In this document: one piece after another, positions 38,533-48,923 of the stretch
Numbering within the stretch: the stretch's first letter is position 1
Layout: each line of letters opens with the position of its first letter
DNA from: Pseudomonadota bacterium
GTDB lineage: Bacteria; Pseudomonadota; Gammaproteobacteria; Burkholderiales; Burkholderiaceae_C
Direction: 5' to 3'
DNA: 64,000 bases
NCBI GenBank assembly: GCA_040385105.1
Contig: JAZKHY010000031.1
Location: 1-64,000, forward strand
The notes under the pieces: generated by a model
Told to the model about the DNA's origin: nothing
Databases searched by the model: none
What the model saw: only the letters and a program-made list of their open reading frames with translations
Program-made: the position numbers and the translations under genes

Positions 38533-39380
38533 GTGGTTTTCTTGCGGCGCGGCTTTGCCGGCGCGGTGGCAGCCGGAGGTGTTTCGGTTGCAGGGGATCC
38601 GGTAGCTGCGGGGGCGCCTGCGGCACCGGCAGCGATGATTTTTTCAAGCCGGTCCAGCCGGCGCTCGATGTCAGCGCGGCTTGTTGCCTGTGCCGCTGGC
38701 GCGCCGCCGGCGGCATCGGCAGCACCCTGCGGCAGGATGCCCTGCAGCACCATGGCAGTGAAGCGGTCGGCGGCAACTTCCACATCGACCGTGTCGCGGC
38801 CGAACAGCACGCCCCACATGCGGTGCTCAATGCCGCCGTAGACCATGCCCCGCACCATCTCGCCGTCGGTGTCGGCAGGCAGCTCGCCGCTGGCAATCGC
38901 ATCGCGCACAGTGCGCATCAGGAAGGCGGTATACCGGACATGCAACTCATGCAGTGCCGAGTTGAAGTACTCGGGCCGGGTTCGCACCTCATGCAGCACC
39001 AGGCGCGACAGGCCCGGGTCTTCAACGTACACCCGCAGGTGACGCCAGATCAGGAACCGCATTCGGCTGCGCAGGCCCTGCAGGCGGCTGAAGCCCAGCT
39101 CCATCTCGCTGATCAGGGGTTCGTACATGCCGCGCAGGACTTCATTGAGCATGTCGCGCTTGGTCGGGAAGTAGGAGTAGAGCAGGCCCTCCACCACGCC
39201 CACCTTCGCGGCGATTTCGCTGACCGACGCACGCTCAAAGCCCTTTTCAAGGAAGGTTTCGCGGGCTGCGGCAATGATTTCTGCAGCTCGGCGCAGGCGG
39301 CGGGGTGTCTGCTTGCCGGCGGCATTGGTTGGCAGGGCGTCGGTGTCCTGCTCGCTCTGGTTATCGGCAACTGTTTTCAT
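38529..39380 (-). CDS. TetR-family transcriptional regulator with an Ala/Pro-rich C-terminal tail, inside the catabolic operon
   Basis: AAEIIAAARETFLEKGFERASVSEIAAKVGVVEGLLYSYFPTKRDML. Confidence 0.8.
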
Positions 39381-41188
39381 GGCAGGTTCTCGAGAAAGGT
39401 GGCAGGAATGCTGACAGGAAGATCCAGCAACATCTGGGCCAGTGCCTTGCCCTGCGGGTCGTAGCGCAGGGACGCCACGCCGCCGCCGCCGAGTGCATTG
39501 TCAAGCGTGAAGTTCAGGGCATTGAAGCCGGGCAAACTGTAGCGCGTCACCTTGCCGAGCGCGACATGTCCGAGATATCCGGCTACAGCTTCAGCAGTCA
39601 GGGACTGCTGCAGGACGGCATAGAGCGAGTCGCTGCGGGCGATGATGCCGATGTTGGCCATGTCGCCCTTGTCGCCGCTGCGGCCGTGCGCGACGCGCAG
39701 CAACGGTACGGTCACGACCGGACCCTGGTCCGTGGGCGCCGTTGATGCGGTGGTGGGCAGCTCTCTGCGCGTGGTCTGCGCCGGTGGGCTGAAGGCTTCT
39801 TCAAAAGGCAGGGGCTTGCCGTCGAGGATGACCGACGCTTTCACCCGCGTCCTGTCCGCCAGGAACGAGAACAGGCGAACGACGGGAGAAGGGGAGGGGC
39901 GTCCGGCTGCGAAACCTGTGATGCCCTGCGCCATGGCCGTAGCCGCCGGAGCAATCTCGCGCGCCAGCAGCTCCAGCGCGTCGCGCGATGCATGTTTGGC
40001 TGCGATCTTGAGGATCACTTCACGTGTGCCGTCGGCGCGTGAATGCGGGCCGTAAGTTGATTCGGCGCCCATCACCTCCAGGCTGGTCTCGGCAAAGTCG
40101 CCGATGCCGCGTTCCGCAAGCAGGCGGCGGCTGCGCTTGAGGATGGCTTCGCCGGTGCGCTGTGCCTTGCGCGGCGCGTCAGCCCCGCCGATCATGAGGG
40201 TGGTGAACAGCCGCCAGCCATCTGCGAAGGTGGCGCTGACCTTGTAGCTGGACGGCGCCGCCGCGCCGCGCGCGCCGCTGACCCTCACGCGGTCCGGGCC
40301 GTCCTGCTGCAGGGTGACGTTGCGGAAATCGCAGGCCACGTCGGGCAGCAGGTAGGCTGCCGGATCGCCGATTTCATAGAGCACCTGCTCGGCCACGCAG
40401 GCGGGCTCCACCAGGCCGCCGGTGCCGGGTGGCTTGGTCAGCACGAAGCTGGCGCCAGACGACTCGCATTCGGCAATGGGAAAGCCCATGTCGTCCCAGC
40501 CCGGCACGCGTTCCCAGTCGGTGAAGATGCCGCCTGTGGCCTGTGTGCCGCATTCGATGACGTGGCCCGCAAGGCTGCCGGTCGCGAGCTTGTCCCAGTC
40601 GTTCCAGGCCCAGCCAAACTCATGCACCAGGGGCCCGAGTGTCACCGCGCTGTCAACCACGCGGCCGGTGATGACGATGTCGGCCCCTGCGCCCAGCGCT
40701 GCTGCGACCGGCTGCGCGCCGAGGTAGGCGTTGACACTGAGGAACTTCGCGGGCATGGCCGCGCCGCTGAACATCTCGCGGACACCGCCCGCCCTGAATT
40801 CATCGGCACGGGGCGAAAGGTCGTCGCCTTCAATGACTGCAATTTTCAGATCGATGCCCAGCGCAGCCAGCTGCCTTGCCAGCTCCTCGCCGCAGGCCCG
40901 GGGGTTGACGCCGCCGGCGTTGGACACGACCTTGATGCCTCGCGCCTTCAGCTCCCCGGCCAGCGAAGCGACGATGCGCACAAAGTCGGGCGCATAGCCG
41001 GCTTCCGGCGTCTTGGCACGTGCGCGCGCCAGCAGCGACATGGTGATCTCGGCGAGGAAGTCAAACACCAGGTAGTCAATGCTGCCCTGCTTTACCAGCT
41101 GTGCAGCGCCGGCTTCCGAGTCGCCCCAGAAGCCTGTGGCGCAGCCTATGCGCAGGGGCCGTGTGCGGGGTGTTGGGTTGCTTGTCAT
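39377..41188 (-). CDS. AtuA-like protein (DUF1446, acyclic-terpene-utilisation family)
   Basis: LRIGCATGFWGDS N-terminus; about 600 aa. Confidence 0.7.
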   Translation of the reverse strand: MTSNPTPRTRPLRIGCATGFWGDSEAGAAQLVKQGSIDYLVFDFLAEITMSLLARARAKTPEAGYAPDFVRIVASLAGELKARGIKVVSNAGGVNPRACGEELARQLAALGIDLKIAVIEGDDLSPRADEFRAGGVREMFSGAAMPAKFLSVNAYLGAQPVAAALGAGADIVITGRVVDSAVTLGPLVHEFGWAWNDWDKLATGSLAGHVIECGTQATGGIFTDWERVPGWDDMGFPIAECESSGASFVLTKPPGTGGLVEPACVAEQVLYEIGDPAAYLLPDVACDFRNVTLQQDGPDRVRVSGARGAAAPSSYKVSATFADGWRLFTTLMIGGADAPRKAQRTGEAILKRSRRLLAERGIGDFAETSLEVMGAESTYGPHSRADGTREVILKIAAKHASRDALELLAREIAPAATAMAQGITGFAAGRPSPSPVVRLFSFLADRTRVKASVILDGKPLPFEEAFSPPAQTTRRELPTTASTAPTDQGPVVTVPLLRVAHGRSGDKGDMANIGIIARSDSLYAVLQQSLTAEAVAGYLGHVALGKVTRYSLPGFNALNFTLDNALGGGGVASLRYDPQGKALAQMLLDLPVSIPATFLENLP

Positions 41189-41202
41189 GTGCGTCAAAGG
41201 GT

Positions 41203-41994
41203 TCAGCAGCCAGGCCACACGGGCGGGCGGCGCTCTGCAAAGGCTTTCATGCCTTCCTTGGTGTCTTCGCTCTGCGACAGGATGGGCAGTACCGCCTGCG
41301 TGAGGTTCAGGGCATCCGAGAAGGAAAGGTCTGTCACGGCGGAAATGGCGCGCCGCCCGATGCGCAGTGCAACGGGTGAGTTGGCAGCCAGCTTGCCGAC
41401 CATCGCGTCAATGGCCGCGTCCAGCCCTTCCGCCGGCACGACTTCGTTGACGATGTCGAACGCCCTGGCCTCCGCAGCCGTGAACCGGTGGGCAAAGAAG
41501 CACATCTCCTGGAGCCGGCGGCGCGGTATGACGCGCATCAGCACCGGCAGGATCATCATCGGGAAGACGCCAACCCGCGCCTCTGTGGTGCCGAACTTCG
41601 CGCTGTCCACCGCAATGGCAAAGTCGCAGGCGCAGATCAGGCCGAGCCCGCCGCCAAAGGCGCTGCCGTTGACCCGCGCAATGACGGGCAGGTTGCATCG
41701 GTCCAGCGCCTTGAACATGTCGGCGATCGGGTTGTCGAAGCGGCCGGGCTCCAGGGCAAATGGCGAGCCGTCGGCAGTTGGCTTGAGCTTGCCGCCGGCG
41801 CAGAAGGTCTGGGTGCCCGCACCGGTCAGCACAATGGCCCGCACGCCTTCCATTGCTTCCGCATGCCGGAAGGCGGCGATGAGTTCTTCCATCACCACGT
41901 CGGTCATGGTGTTGTGCTCGTCGGCGCGGTTGATGGTGATGTGGCAGGCGGCGCCCCGCTGCTCGACGATCAGCTGTGCATGGTTGTGGTTCAT
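41203..41994 (-). CDS. Enoyl-CoA hydratase/isomerase family protein
   Basis: 263 aa crotonase fold. Confidence 0.8.
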   Translation of the reverse strand: MNHNHAQLIVEQRGAACHITINRADEHNTMTDVVMEELIAAFRHAEAMEGVRAIVLTGAGTQTFCAGGKLKPTADGSPFALEPGRFDNPIADMFKALDRCNLPVIARVNGSAFGGGLGLICACDFAIAVDSAKFGTTEARVGVFPMMILPVLMRVIPRRRLQEMCFFAHRFTAAEARAFDIVNEVVPAEGLDAAIDAMVGKLAANSPVALRIGRRAISAVTDLSFSDALNLTQAVLPILSQSEDTKEGMKAFAERRPPVWPGC

Positions 41995-42896
41995 TTTTGC
42001 CCTTTCCCGGTTCCGGAACCATCGGCAAAGGTTGCGGGCGGCTGGTATTGCGGAAAGCCGTTGAACGCAAAGCTGCGTTCGGCAGGTTGCAGCTTCCAGC
42101 TGTGCCGCGCCGTCGGTACGCCGCCGTCAACCCGTATGACGCTGCCGCTGATGAAGCCTGCCGCTTCAGACAGCAGGTAGACCGCTGCTGAAGACAGCTC
42201 GGCCTCGGTGCCAAAGCGCTGCAGCGGCACCTTGCTGCGCAGGCCGCGCAGCACATTGCGGTATTCCTCGTCATAGGTGTCAATGCCTGCGGAGGCGATC
42301 CAGCCCGGCGCCACGGCATTGACCCGCACCCCGGCATGGCCCCATTCGCAGGCGGCTGTTTCGGTCAGGGTGAGCACCCCGCCCCGTGCAGCGCCCGAGT
42401 GGCCCATGCCGGGCAGGCCGCCCCAGATGTCGGCCAGCATGTTGACGATGCTGCCGCCGTGGTGCTCCATCCACTGGGTGAAGCACTCACGCGAAAAAAG
42501 GAAGGTGCCGTGCAGGTTGTTGCGAACCACTGCGTCCCAGCCCTTGAGCGAGATGTCGCGCAGCCTGGCGGGGAACTGCCCGCCGGCACAGTTGAAAAGC
42601 CCGTCGATGCGGCCATGCCTTTGCAGGATGGCCGCAACGGTTTCGCGGACTGCCGTTTCATCACGGATGTCGCAGACGGCCGTGCTGACGTCACCGGCAC
42701 GCTCGGGGTAGATGGACGCTACCTCGGCCGCGACGGCTTCCAGCTTGGAGGCCTGCCGGCCGACCAGCGCGACATGCGCCCCCAGGCTGGCCAGCTCATG
42801 CGCCGCGCACCGGCCCAGCCCGCTGCCCCCGCCGGTGACGATGACGGTCTTGCCCTCGAACAGGCCCGCCCGGAAGGCGGACCGGTAGCGCGTCAT
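41991..42896 (-). CDS. SDR-family oxidoreductase (AtuB-like)
   Basis: Start MTRYRSAFRAGLFEGKTVIVTGGGSGLGRCAA. Confidence 0.75.
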   Translation of the reverse strand: MTRYRSAFRAGLFEGKTVIVTGGGSGLGRCAAHELASLGAHVALVGRQASKLEAVAAEVASIYPERAGDVSTAVCDIRDETAVRETVAAILQRHGRIDGLFNCAGGQFPARLRDISLKGWDAVVRNNLHGTFLFSRECFTQWMEHHGGSIVNMLADIWGGLPGMGHSGAARGGVLTLTETAACEWGHAGVRVNAVAPGWIASAGIDTYDEEYRNVLRGLRSKVPLQRFGTEAELSSAAVYLLSEAAGFISGSVIRVDGGVPTARHSWKLQPAERSFAFNGFPQYQPPATFADGSGTGKGQK

Positions 42897-43016
42897 GCTC
42901 CCCGGGCCGTCAGGGCCGTCAACGGCGGCAGGGGAGTTTGTGCTGGGTTGGGTCATCGTATGGGGCGCAAGGCGGTTGGGTTGCAGGTGGTCAGGCTGGT
43001 CTGGCTTGTGGCGCGA

Positions 43017-44219
43017 TCAGTAGGCGATGAAGTCCGTGACCGACTTGACGGTGCCGCTGGCCGGGTCCGTCTGGAACAGCTTGATCGGCAGAACCGCCTG
43101 GGCCTTGGGGTTGTTGAACGACACAGGGCCGCTCAAGCCGCCGGTCTGGAAGTTCTGCAGCTTGTTCAGCTCGTTGACCACGCAGACCCGCGTCACGTTG
43201 GCGCCGCAGCGGCGGATGCCTTCGGCGAAAACCAGTGTGCCGACATAGCCGCTGACGGTGTAGCGGTTGAAGTTGGCGAAGTCGTCCGCACTGAGGAATT
43301 TCTTTGCCTTTTCCATCAGTGCCTGGCCTGCGGGGTCATAGTTGGAGGCGTAGTAGTCCGGAATCAGGTACTGGTAGCCCGACGGTGCCGCAAGCTTGAC
43401 GGCTGCAGGCAGCTGGCCGGCCCAGAGCGTGCCCAGGGTGACGTCCATGTTCAGGCGGCGGAACTCCGACATGATGGAGGCCGACTCGGTGGTCAGCGTG
43501 CCGAGGTACACGGCGTCTGCGCCCTTGTCTTTCAGGGTCAGCACTTCGGCGGAAAAGTCCTTAGCGCCGCGCTTGAAAGGGATCTCTGCAACGCTGTTCA
43601 GGTTGTATTGCTTGACCGCCTTCTGGTAGCCGGCCAGCAGCGCCTTGCCGAAGTCGTCGTCCTGGTACAGGATGCCGTACTTGCCGCCCTTCTTGTTCAT
43701 CTTCTCGACCATGTGGCGGATGGGCACGTAGCCTGCATAGTCGTAGTCAGGGCCGATCATGAAGACTGTGGGGCGGCGTGGCGAGACGATGGCGGGGTTG
43801 GGCGCCATGTGCACGATGGTCGGGATCTTCGCTTCTTCAATGGTCGGCAGCATGGCCACCATGTGTGAGCTGCCGGTGGTGCCGGTCAGGCCGAACACCT
43901 TGTCGGAGTCAATCAGCTTCTTGACCGACGACACCGAGCGCGCCGGCACATAGCCGTCGTCTTCATAGATGGCGCGCAGCTTGCGGCCGTTGATGCCGCC
44001 GTTGGCGTTGATCTCGGCAATGGCCAGCTTGGAGCCGGCCGCACCTGCCTTGCCGATGAGCGATGCCGGCCCCGACATGGGCTGGACCTCGCCGATCAGG
44101 ATCTCGGTTGCAGTGACGCCGACGTCCTGGGCTGAAGCGGCCATGGCGGCAGCGGCAGCCAGCGTGAGGGCAGACCATTTCGCGAGCCGGTGGACCGCGT
44201 TCTTGAATTTATCGCTCAT
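43017..44219 (-). CDS. ABC transporter substrate-binding protein (branched-chain amino acid / Liv type)
   Basis: Signal peptide; LivK-like. Confidence 0.8.
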   Translation of the reverse strand: MSDKFKNAVHRLAKWSALTLAAAAAMAASAQDVGVTATEILIGEVQPMSGPASLIGKAGAAGSKLAIAEINANGGINGRKLRAIYEDDGYVPARSVSSVKKLIDSDKVFGLTGTTGSSHMVAMLPTIEEAKIPTIVHMAPNPAIVSPRRPTVFMIGPDYDYAGYVPIRHMVEKMNKKGGKYGILYQDDDFGKALLAGYQKAVKQYNLNSVAEIPFKRGAKDFSAEVLTLKDKGADAVYLGTLTTESASIMSEFRRLNMDVTLGTLWAGQLPAAVKLAAPSGYQYLIPDYYASNYDPAGQALMEKAKKFLSADDFANFNRYTVSGYVGTLVFAEGIRRCGANVTRVCVVNELNKLQNFQTGGLSGPVSFNNPKAQAVLPIKLFQTDPASGTVKSVTDFIAY

Positions 44220-44294
44220 GTTGTCTCCTTTGAATAAACGCCGGCGCCGGGGGATTCCGGTGCCGTGCGAATGCGTTGGCAGCTCGCTGCATGC

Positions 44295-45341
44295 TTATTG
44301 CGAGAGTGGCCATTGAACCCAGAACCGCTTGGACTTGCGCCAGATGCCGGCCATGCCTTCAGGCTCCAGCCTCAGGAAGAGAAGGATGACAACCCCATAC
44401 ATCATTCCCTTGACTTCGTAGATGCGGTCCGCCATCAGGGTCTTGAAGTTGTCCCCGGCGGCTGCAAAGCCGACGCTCAGCAGTTCAGGCAGCAGGATGA
44501 TCAGCGCCGCGCCCAGGATGGCGCCGTGGATGCGGCCCATGCCGCCGACGATGATCATGGCGAGGGCCTCGATGCTGATCAGGATGCTGAAGGTGTCCAC
44601 ATTGATGAAGCGTGTCTGCAGCGCCACCATGGCGCCGGCAACGCCGGTGTAGAACGCGCTGACCATGAAGGCCAGCAGCTTGTAGCGCATCAGGTCAATG
44701 CCCATGGCGCGCGCGGCGATGTCATGGTCGCGCAGGGCCAGCCATGCGCGGCCGATGCGCGAGCGCATCAGGTTCAGCGTGATCAGCACAAATACCACCA
44801 GCATCACCAGCGCCGCGTAGTAGAAGCGCACATCGCCCTTGAAGGAGAAGCCGAAGACGCTGAGCGCCTCGACCGGCATGCCGGTGGAACCGCGGGTGAT
44901 GCCTTCGGCAAACAGCACGATATGGCGCACGATGAAGGTGAACGCCAGCGTGGTGATGGCCAGGTACAGGCCCTTGAGCCGCAGTGAAGGAATGCCGACC
45001 ACCAGGCTGGCGATGGCCGCCACCAGGCCCGACAGGAAGATGGCCGCAAGCGTCGGCACCTTGTAGTCGGTCGTCAGGATGGCCTGCGCATAGGCGCCGA
45101 TCAGCAGGAAGCCGGCATGGCCCAGGGAGATCTGGCCTGCGACGCCGGACAGCAGGTTGAGGCCGAGCACGCCGATGGAGGCGACCAGGATGGCCGTCAG
45201 CATGTTCAACCCGAAGGAGCCGAACAGCAGCGGCATCAGGGCCATGGCCAGCAGGCCGATGGCAGCCCAGGCCCAGGCAGCCGGCTGGCTGGACAGGGCC
45301 ACGAGGCCCGCGTAGGAGTTCTGGTAGGTACGGCTGCGCAT
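44295..45341 (-). CDS. Branched-chain amino acid ABC transporter permease (LivM-like)
   Basis: 348 aa polytopic membrane protein. Confidence 0.8.
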   Translation of the reverse strand: MRSRTYQNSYAGLVALSSQPAAWAWAAIGLLAMALMPLLFGSFGLNMLTAILVASIGVLGLNLLSGVAGQISLGHAGFLLIGAYAQAILTTDYKVPTLAAIFLSGLVAAIASLVVGIPSLRLKGLYLAITTLAFTFIVRHIVLFAEGITRGSTGMPVEALSVFGFSFKGDVRFYYAALVMLVVFVLITLNLMRSRIGRAWLALRDHDIAARAMGIDLMRYKLLAFMVSAFYTGVAGAMVALQTRFINVDTFSILISIEALAMIIVGGMGRIHGAILGAALIILLPELLSVGFAAAGDNFKTLMADRIYEVKGMMYGVVILLFLRLEPEGMAGIWRKSKRFWVQWPLSQ

Positions 45342-46213
45342 CAGACACGCTCGATTTCACGTTGGCCAAACAGTCCATAGGGTTTGACCATCAGCACGAC
45401 GATGATGAGGACAAACCCCGCGATTTCCTTCAGCCCGCGGCCCAGGTAGCCGCCGGCCAGGTTCTCCACCACGCCAATGACCAGCCCGCCGAAAGCGCCA
45501 CCCACCACCGAGTCCAGCCCGCCCAGGATGGTGGCGGGGAAGCCGCGCAGGCCCATCTGGGAAATCTCCGGCTCCAGGCTGAACATCAGGCAGAAGGCCA
45601 GGCCGGAGAATGCGGCGAACACGGCCGAGAGCGCCCAGGCAATCGCGCTGATGCGTTTGACATTGATGCCCATCAGCAGCGCGGTGGTTTCATTGTTGGA
45701 GGTAGCCCGCATCGCAATCCCCACACGCGAGCGCCTGAAGAACAGCCACATGGACAGCGTCAGCACCGCCAGCGACCCCAGTGCGAAGATCTGGCCCGGG
45801 TACAGCGCCATCTCGCCGAAGCGGATGACCGTGTTGCCAAACGGCCGGGGGAAGGCCGTGGGCTCCACGCCCCAGATCAGGATGACGACAGAGCGTATGA
45901 CCACTGCCAGGCCGATGGTGACCATGACCCTTGAGAACATGGGCTCGCCCAGCATCGGGCGGATGAAGGCCCATTCAATGAACAGGCCCAGCGCAATGGA
46001 AGCGGTCAGCACGCAGACCAGCAGCGGGAGGAATGTCAGGCCGGGGATGGTCGCGAAGGTGTAGCTCATGTAGGCGATCAGCATCATGACTTCGCCCTGG
46101 GCAAAGTTCACCATGCCGGTGGCGCGGTAGATGATGGCAAAGCCCATGGCCACCATGCCGTAGAGCGTGCCGATGACCAGCCCGGACATCACGAGGTTCA
46201 TGAAGTAGTTCAT
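45341..46213 (-). CDS. Branched-chain amino acid ABC transporter permease (LivH-like)
   Basis: 290 aa polytopic membrane protein. Confidence 0.8.
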   Translation of the reverse strand: MNYFMNLVMSGLVIGTLYGMVAMGFAIIYRATGMVNFAQGEVMMLIAYMSYTFATIPGLTFLPLLVCVLTASIALGLFIEWAFIRPMLGEPMFSRVMVTIGLAVVIRSVVILIWGVEPTAFPRPFGNTVIRFGEMALYPGQIFALGSLAVLTLSMWLFFRRSRVGIAMRATSNNETTALLMGINVKRISAIAWALSAVFAAFSGLAFCLMFSLEPEISQMGLRGFPATILGGLDSVVGGAFGGLVIGVVENLAGGYLGRGLKEIAGFVLIIVVLMVKPYGLFGQREIERV

Positions 46214-48111
46214 GCTGCTTCCTTTGCGGGGCCGTAGATTTCGCTGATTTCGGCGGCGAACTTCTTTTCGATCACATTGCGGCGCACCTTCATGGTGGCC
46301 GTGAGCTCGCCGTCGTCGTGGTCAAGCTGCTTGCGCAGGATGACGAACTTGCGGATGTTCTCCACCCGCGAGAAGCGGGCGTTGACGCGGTCAACATCCT
46401 GGGAAATCAGTTCCCTGACTGCGTCCAGGGCTGCCAGCGTCTCGTAGGTCGTGTAGGCCATGCCGCGCTCCTGCGCCCATTTGCCGACGGTATCCAGGTC
46501 GATCTGGATCAGCGCCGAGACGAAGTGCCGGCCGTCGCCCAGCAGCACGGCCTCGCTGATGTAGAGGCTTTCCTTGAGCGTGTTCTCTATCAGCGATGGC
46601 GTGATGTTCTTGCCGCCACTGGTGATCAGGATGGCCTTTTTCCGGTCGATGATCTGTACCTGGCCTGTCGCTTCATCAAGCTCGACCACGTCGCCGGTGT
46701 TGAGCCAGCCGTCGGTAAACGCAGCAGCGGTGGCGGCTTCGTCATAGAGGTAGCCGTTGAAGACGATGCGGCCGCGCAGCTGCAGCTCGCCATCGGGCTG
46801 GACGCGCTGCTCGACGATAGCGGGCAGCGGCGGACCGCACCAGCCCAGGCGCGACATGCTTTTTGACTGCCCGTGGCTGGCGCCGCTGCATTCCGTCATG
46901 CCGTAGATCTGGTAGATCGGCACGCCCATCGCGCGGAAGAACAGGATGACCGTGGGCGAGATCGATGCGCCGCCGGTCATGGAGATCCAGGTGCGGTCAA
47001 GCCCGATGCTGGCCAGCAGGTTGCTGAAGACCGTGACCCGCAGCAGCCAGCCGGTGACAGCGTCGCGCAGGCTGGCCGGGTTGCCGCCGTTGCTGATCGT
47101 GCGCTCGGCGATCGGCGTGCCAATGGCCAGCGCCTTTTTGAACGCCCACTGCGCCAGCGGCCTCGCGTCGCGTGACTTGATCAGGATTTCATACTGCAGT
47201 TTTTCCCAGATGCGGGGCACGCCGAAGAAGAAGCTGGGGCCGATCTCGCGCAGGTTCTGGGTGACGGTGTCGATCGACTCGGCAAAGTACACCACCGTGC
47301 CGTAGGCCAGTTGCATCACGGGCGACATCAGGCGCTCGGCTACGTGGCACAGCGGCAGGTAGCAGACTACCGATACCGGCTTGCCGGCGAAGCCGTGGAT
47401 CTGGCCCAGTGCCCATGCGTCCGACAGGATGCCCCGGTGCGAGATGCGTGCGCCCTTGGGCATGCCGGTGGTGCCTGAGGTGTAGACGATGAGCGCGTCC
47501 TGCTCTGCGCGAAGGTTGTCGATGGACAGTTCAAGGGCGGTGGCTTCTTCGGGCTTTGCCGCCAGTTGCCTGCCCTGTTCGACGGCGTCGCTGAATGGCG
47601 CCAGGCAGCTGTCGGTGTATTGCCGCATGCCTTTCCAGTCCACAGTCAGCACGCGCTGCATGTCGGGAAGGCCGCCTTCGCGCTGCATGGCGGTCAGCAC
47701 CTTGTCGGTCTGCTCCTGGTCGCCGCAGACGGCGAAGCGCGCCCGGCAGTGCCGCGCGATGTATTGCAGTTCGGGCCAGGGGTTGGTCGGGTAGATGCCG
47801 ACCGTCACGCCGCCAAGCGACTGTGCTGCCAGGTCGGCAAAGAACCATTCGGGCGTGCCGTCAGAGGCAATGATGAGCTTGTCGCCGGGCATGAAGCCCT
47901 GCGCCTTGAGGTACAGCGCGAAGGCGCGCACGTTCTCGAAATAGCCTTGCCAGGTGGTGCCTTGCCAGATGCCGCGCGTCTTCTCGCGCAGCGCGATCTG
48001 GCCTGGCGTGGTGCGCGCGCGGTGCCGCAGCAGGCCGGGCATGGTGGCCTCGCCTTCCGCAAGGCCGGGCGGGAGCTGCAGGTCTGCGATGGCTGGATCA
48101 GGGCGGGTCAT
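46210..48111 (-). CDS. Long-chain-fatty-acid--CoA ligase (AMP-binding) embedded in the ABC transporter operon
   Basis: VYTSGTTGMPKG motif; 633 aa. Confidence 0.85.
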   Translation of the reverse strand: MTRPDPAIADLQLPPGLAEGEATMPGLLRHRARTTPGQIALREKTRGIWQGTTWQGYFENVRAFALYLKAQGFMPGDKLIIASDGTPEWFFADLAAQSLGGVTVGIYPTNPWPELQYIARHCRARFAVCGDQEQTDKVLTAMQREGGLPDMQRVLTVDWKGMRQYTDSCLAPFSDAVEQGRQLAAKPEEATALELSIDNLRAEQDALIVYTSGTTGMPKGARISHRGILSDAWALGQIHGFAGKPVSVVCYLPLCHVAERLMSPVMQLAYGTVVYFAESIDTVTQNLREIGPSFFFGVPRIWEKLQYEILIKSRDARPLAQWAFKKALAIGTPIAERTISNGGNPASLRDAVTGWLLRVTVFSNLLASIGLDRTWISMTGGASISPTVILFFRAMGVPIYQIYGMTECSGASHGQSKSMSRLGWCGPPLPAIVEQRVQPDGELQLRGRIVFNGYLYDEAATAAAFTDGWLNTGDVVELDEATGQVQIIDRKKAILITSGGKNITPSLIENTLKESLYISEAVLLGDGRHFVSALIQIDLDTVGKWAQERGMAYTTYETLAALDAVRELISQDVDRVNARFSRVENIRKFVILRKQLDHDDGELTATMKVRRNVIEKKFAAEISEIYGPAKEAA

Positions 48112-48923
48112 GCGCTGGCCTCCAGGTCATGGCCGAGGTAGGCCGCGATCACGGCCGGGTCCCCCGAGACGGCCGCAGGCGTGCCGTCGGCAATCTTCCG
48201 CCCGAAGTTGAGCACGCAGACATGGTCTGAAATATCCATCACGATGCCCATCTCATGCTCGATCATCATCACCGTCACGTTCCGGTCTTCCCGGATGTCC
48301 AGGATGAAACGTGCAATGTCTTCCGTCTCTTCCTGGTTCATGCCGGAGACCATTTCGTCCAGCACCAGCAGCTTGGGCTGCATCGCCAGTGCGCGGCCAA
48401 GCTCAACCCGCTTCTGCAGGCCATAGGAAAGGGTTCCCACCGGCAGGTCGCGGATCGACTCGATCTCCAGGAACTCGACGATCTCTTCTGCCGTTTCTCG
48501 CGCGCTGATCTCGGCATTGCGGGTGGCGCCCCAGAACAGGGCAGCGCCGAAGATGCCGGTTGTCAGGCGTGAATGCATGCCGGTGAGGATGTTGTTGATG
48601 ACGGTCTCGTGCTTGAACACGGCAAGGTTCTGGAACGTACGCGCCATTCCGCGCCGCGCCAGCTTGTGGGCGGGCAGGCCGGTGATGTCTTCACCGTCGA
48701 AGCTGATGCTGCCGGTGGTGGGCTTCAGCAGGCACGAAGCCAGGTTGAAGAGGGTGGTCTTGCCCGCACCGTTGGGGCCGATGACGCTGCAGATCTCGCC
48801 CCTGGCCACCCGCAGGTTGATGTTGCCCAGTGCCTCCAGGCCGCCGAAGCGCTTGGACACATCTGAGAACTCGAGGATCGGCGTCGCTGGATTGGCTTGC
48901 ACGGGGGCGTTCATGACAGCCAC
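48108..48923 (-). CDS. ABC transporter ATP-binding protein (LivG-like)
   Basis: Walker A GPNGAGKTT. Confidence 0.85.
   Translation of the reverse strand: MAVMNAPVQANPATPILEFSDVSKRFGGLEALGNINLRVARGEICSVIGPNGAGKTTLFNLASCLLKPTTGSISFDGEDITGLPAHKLARRGMARTFQNLAVFKHETVINNILTGMHSRLTTGIFGAALFWGATRNAEISARETAEEIVEFLEIESIRDLPVGTLSYGLQKRVELGRALAMQPKLLVLDEMVSGMNQEETEDIARFILDIREDRNVTVMMIEHEMGIVMDISDHVCVLNFGRKIADGTPAAVSGDPAVIAAYLGHDLEASA

Noticed and set aside
40562-43868. Two long plus-strand ORFs (500 and 510 aa) over the AtuA/hydratase/SDR region
   Set aside because: Antisense to a contiguous minus-strand operon with clear homologs. No domain signatures.
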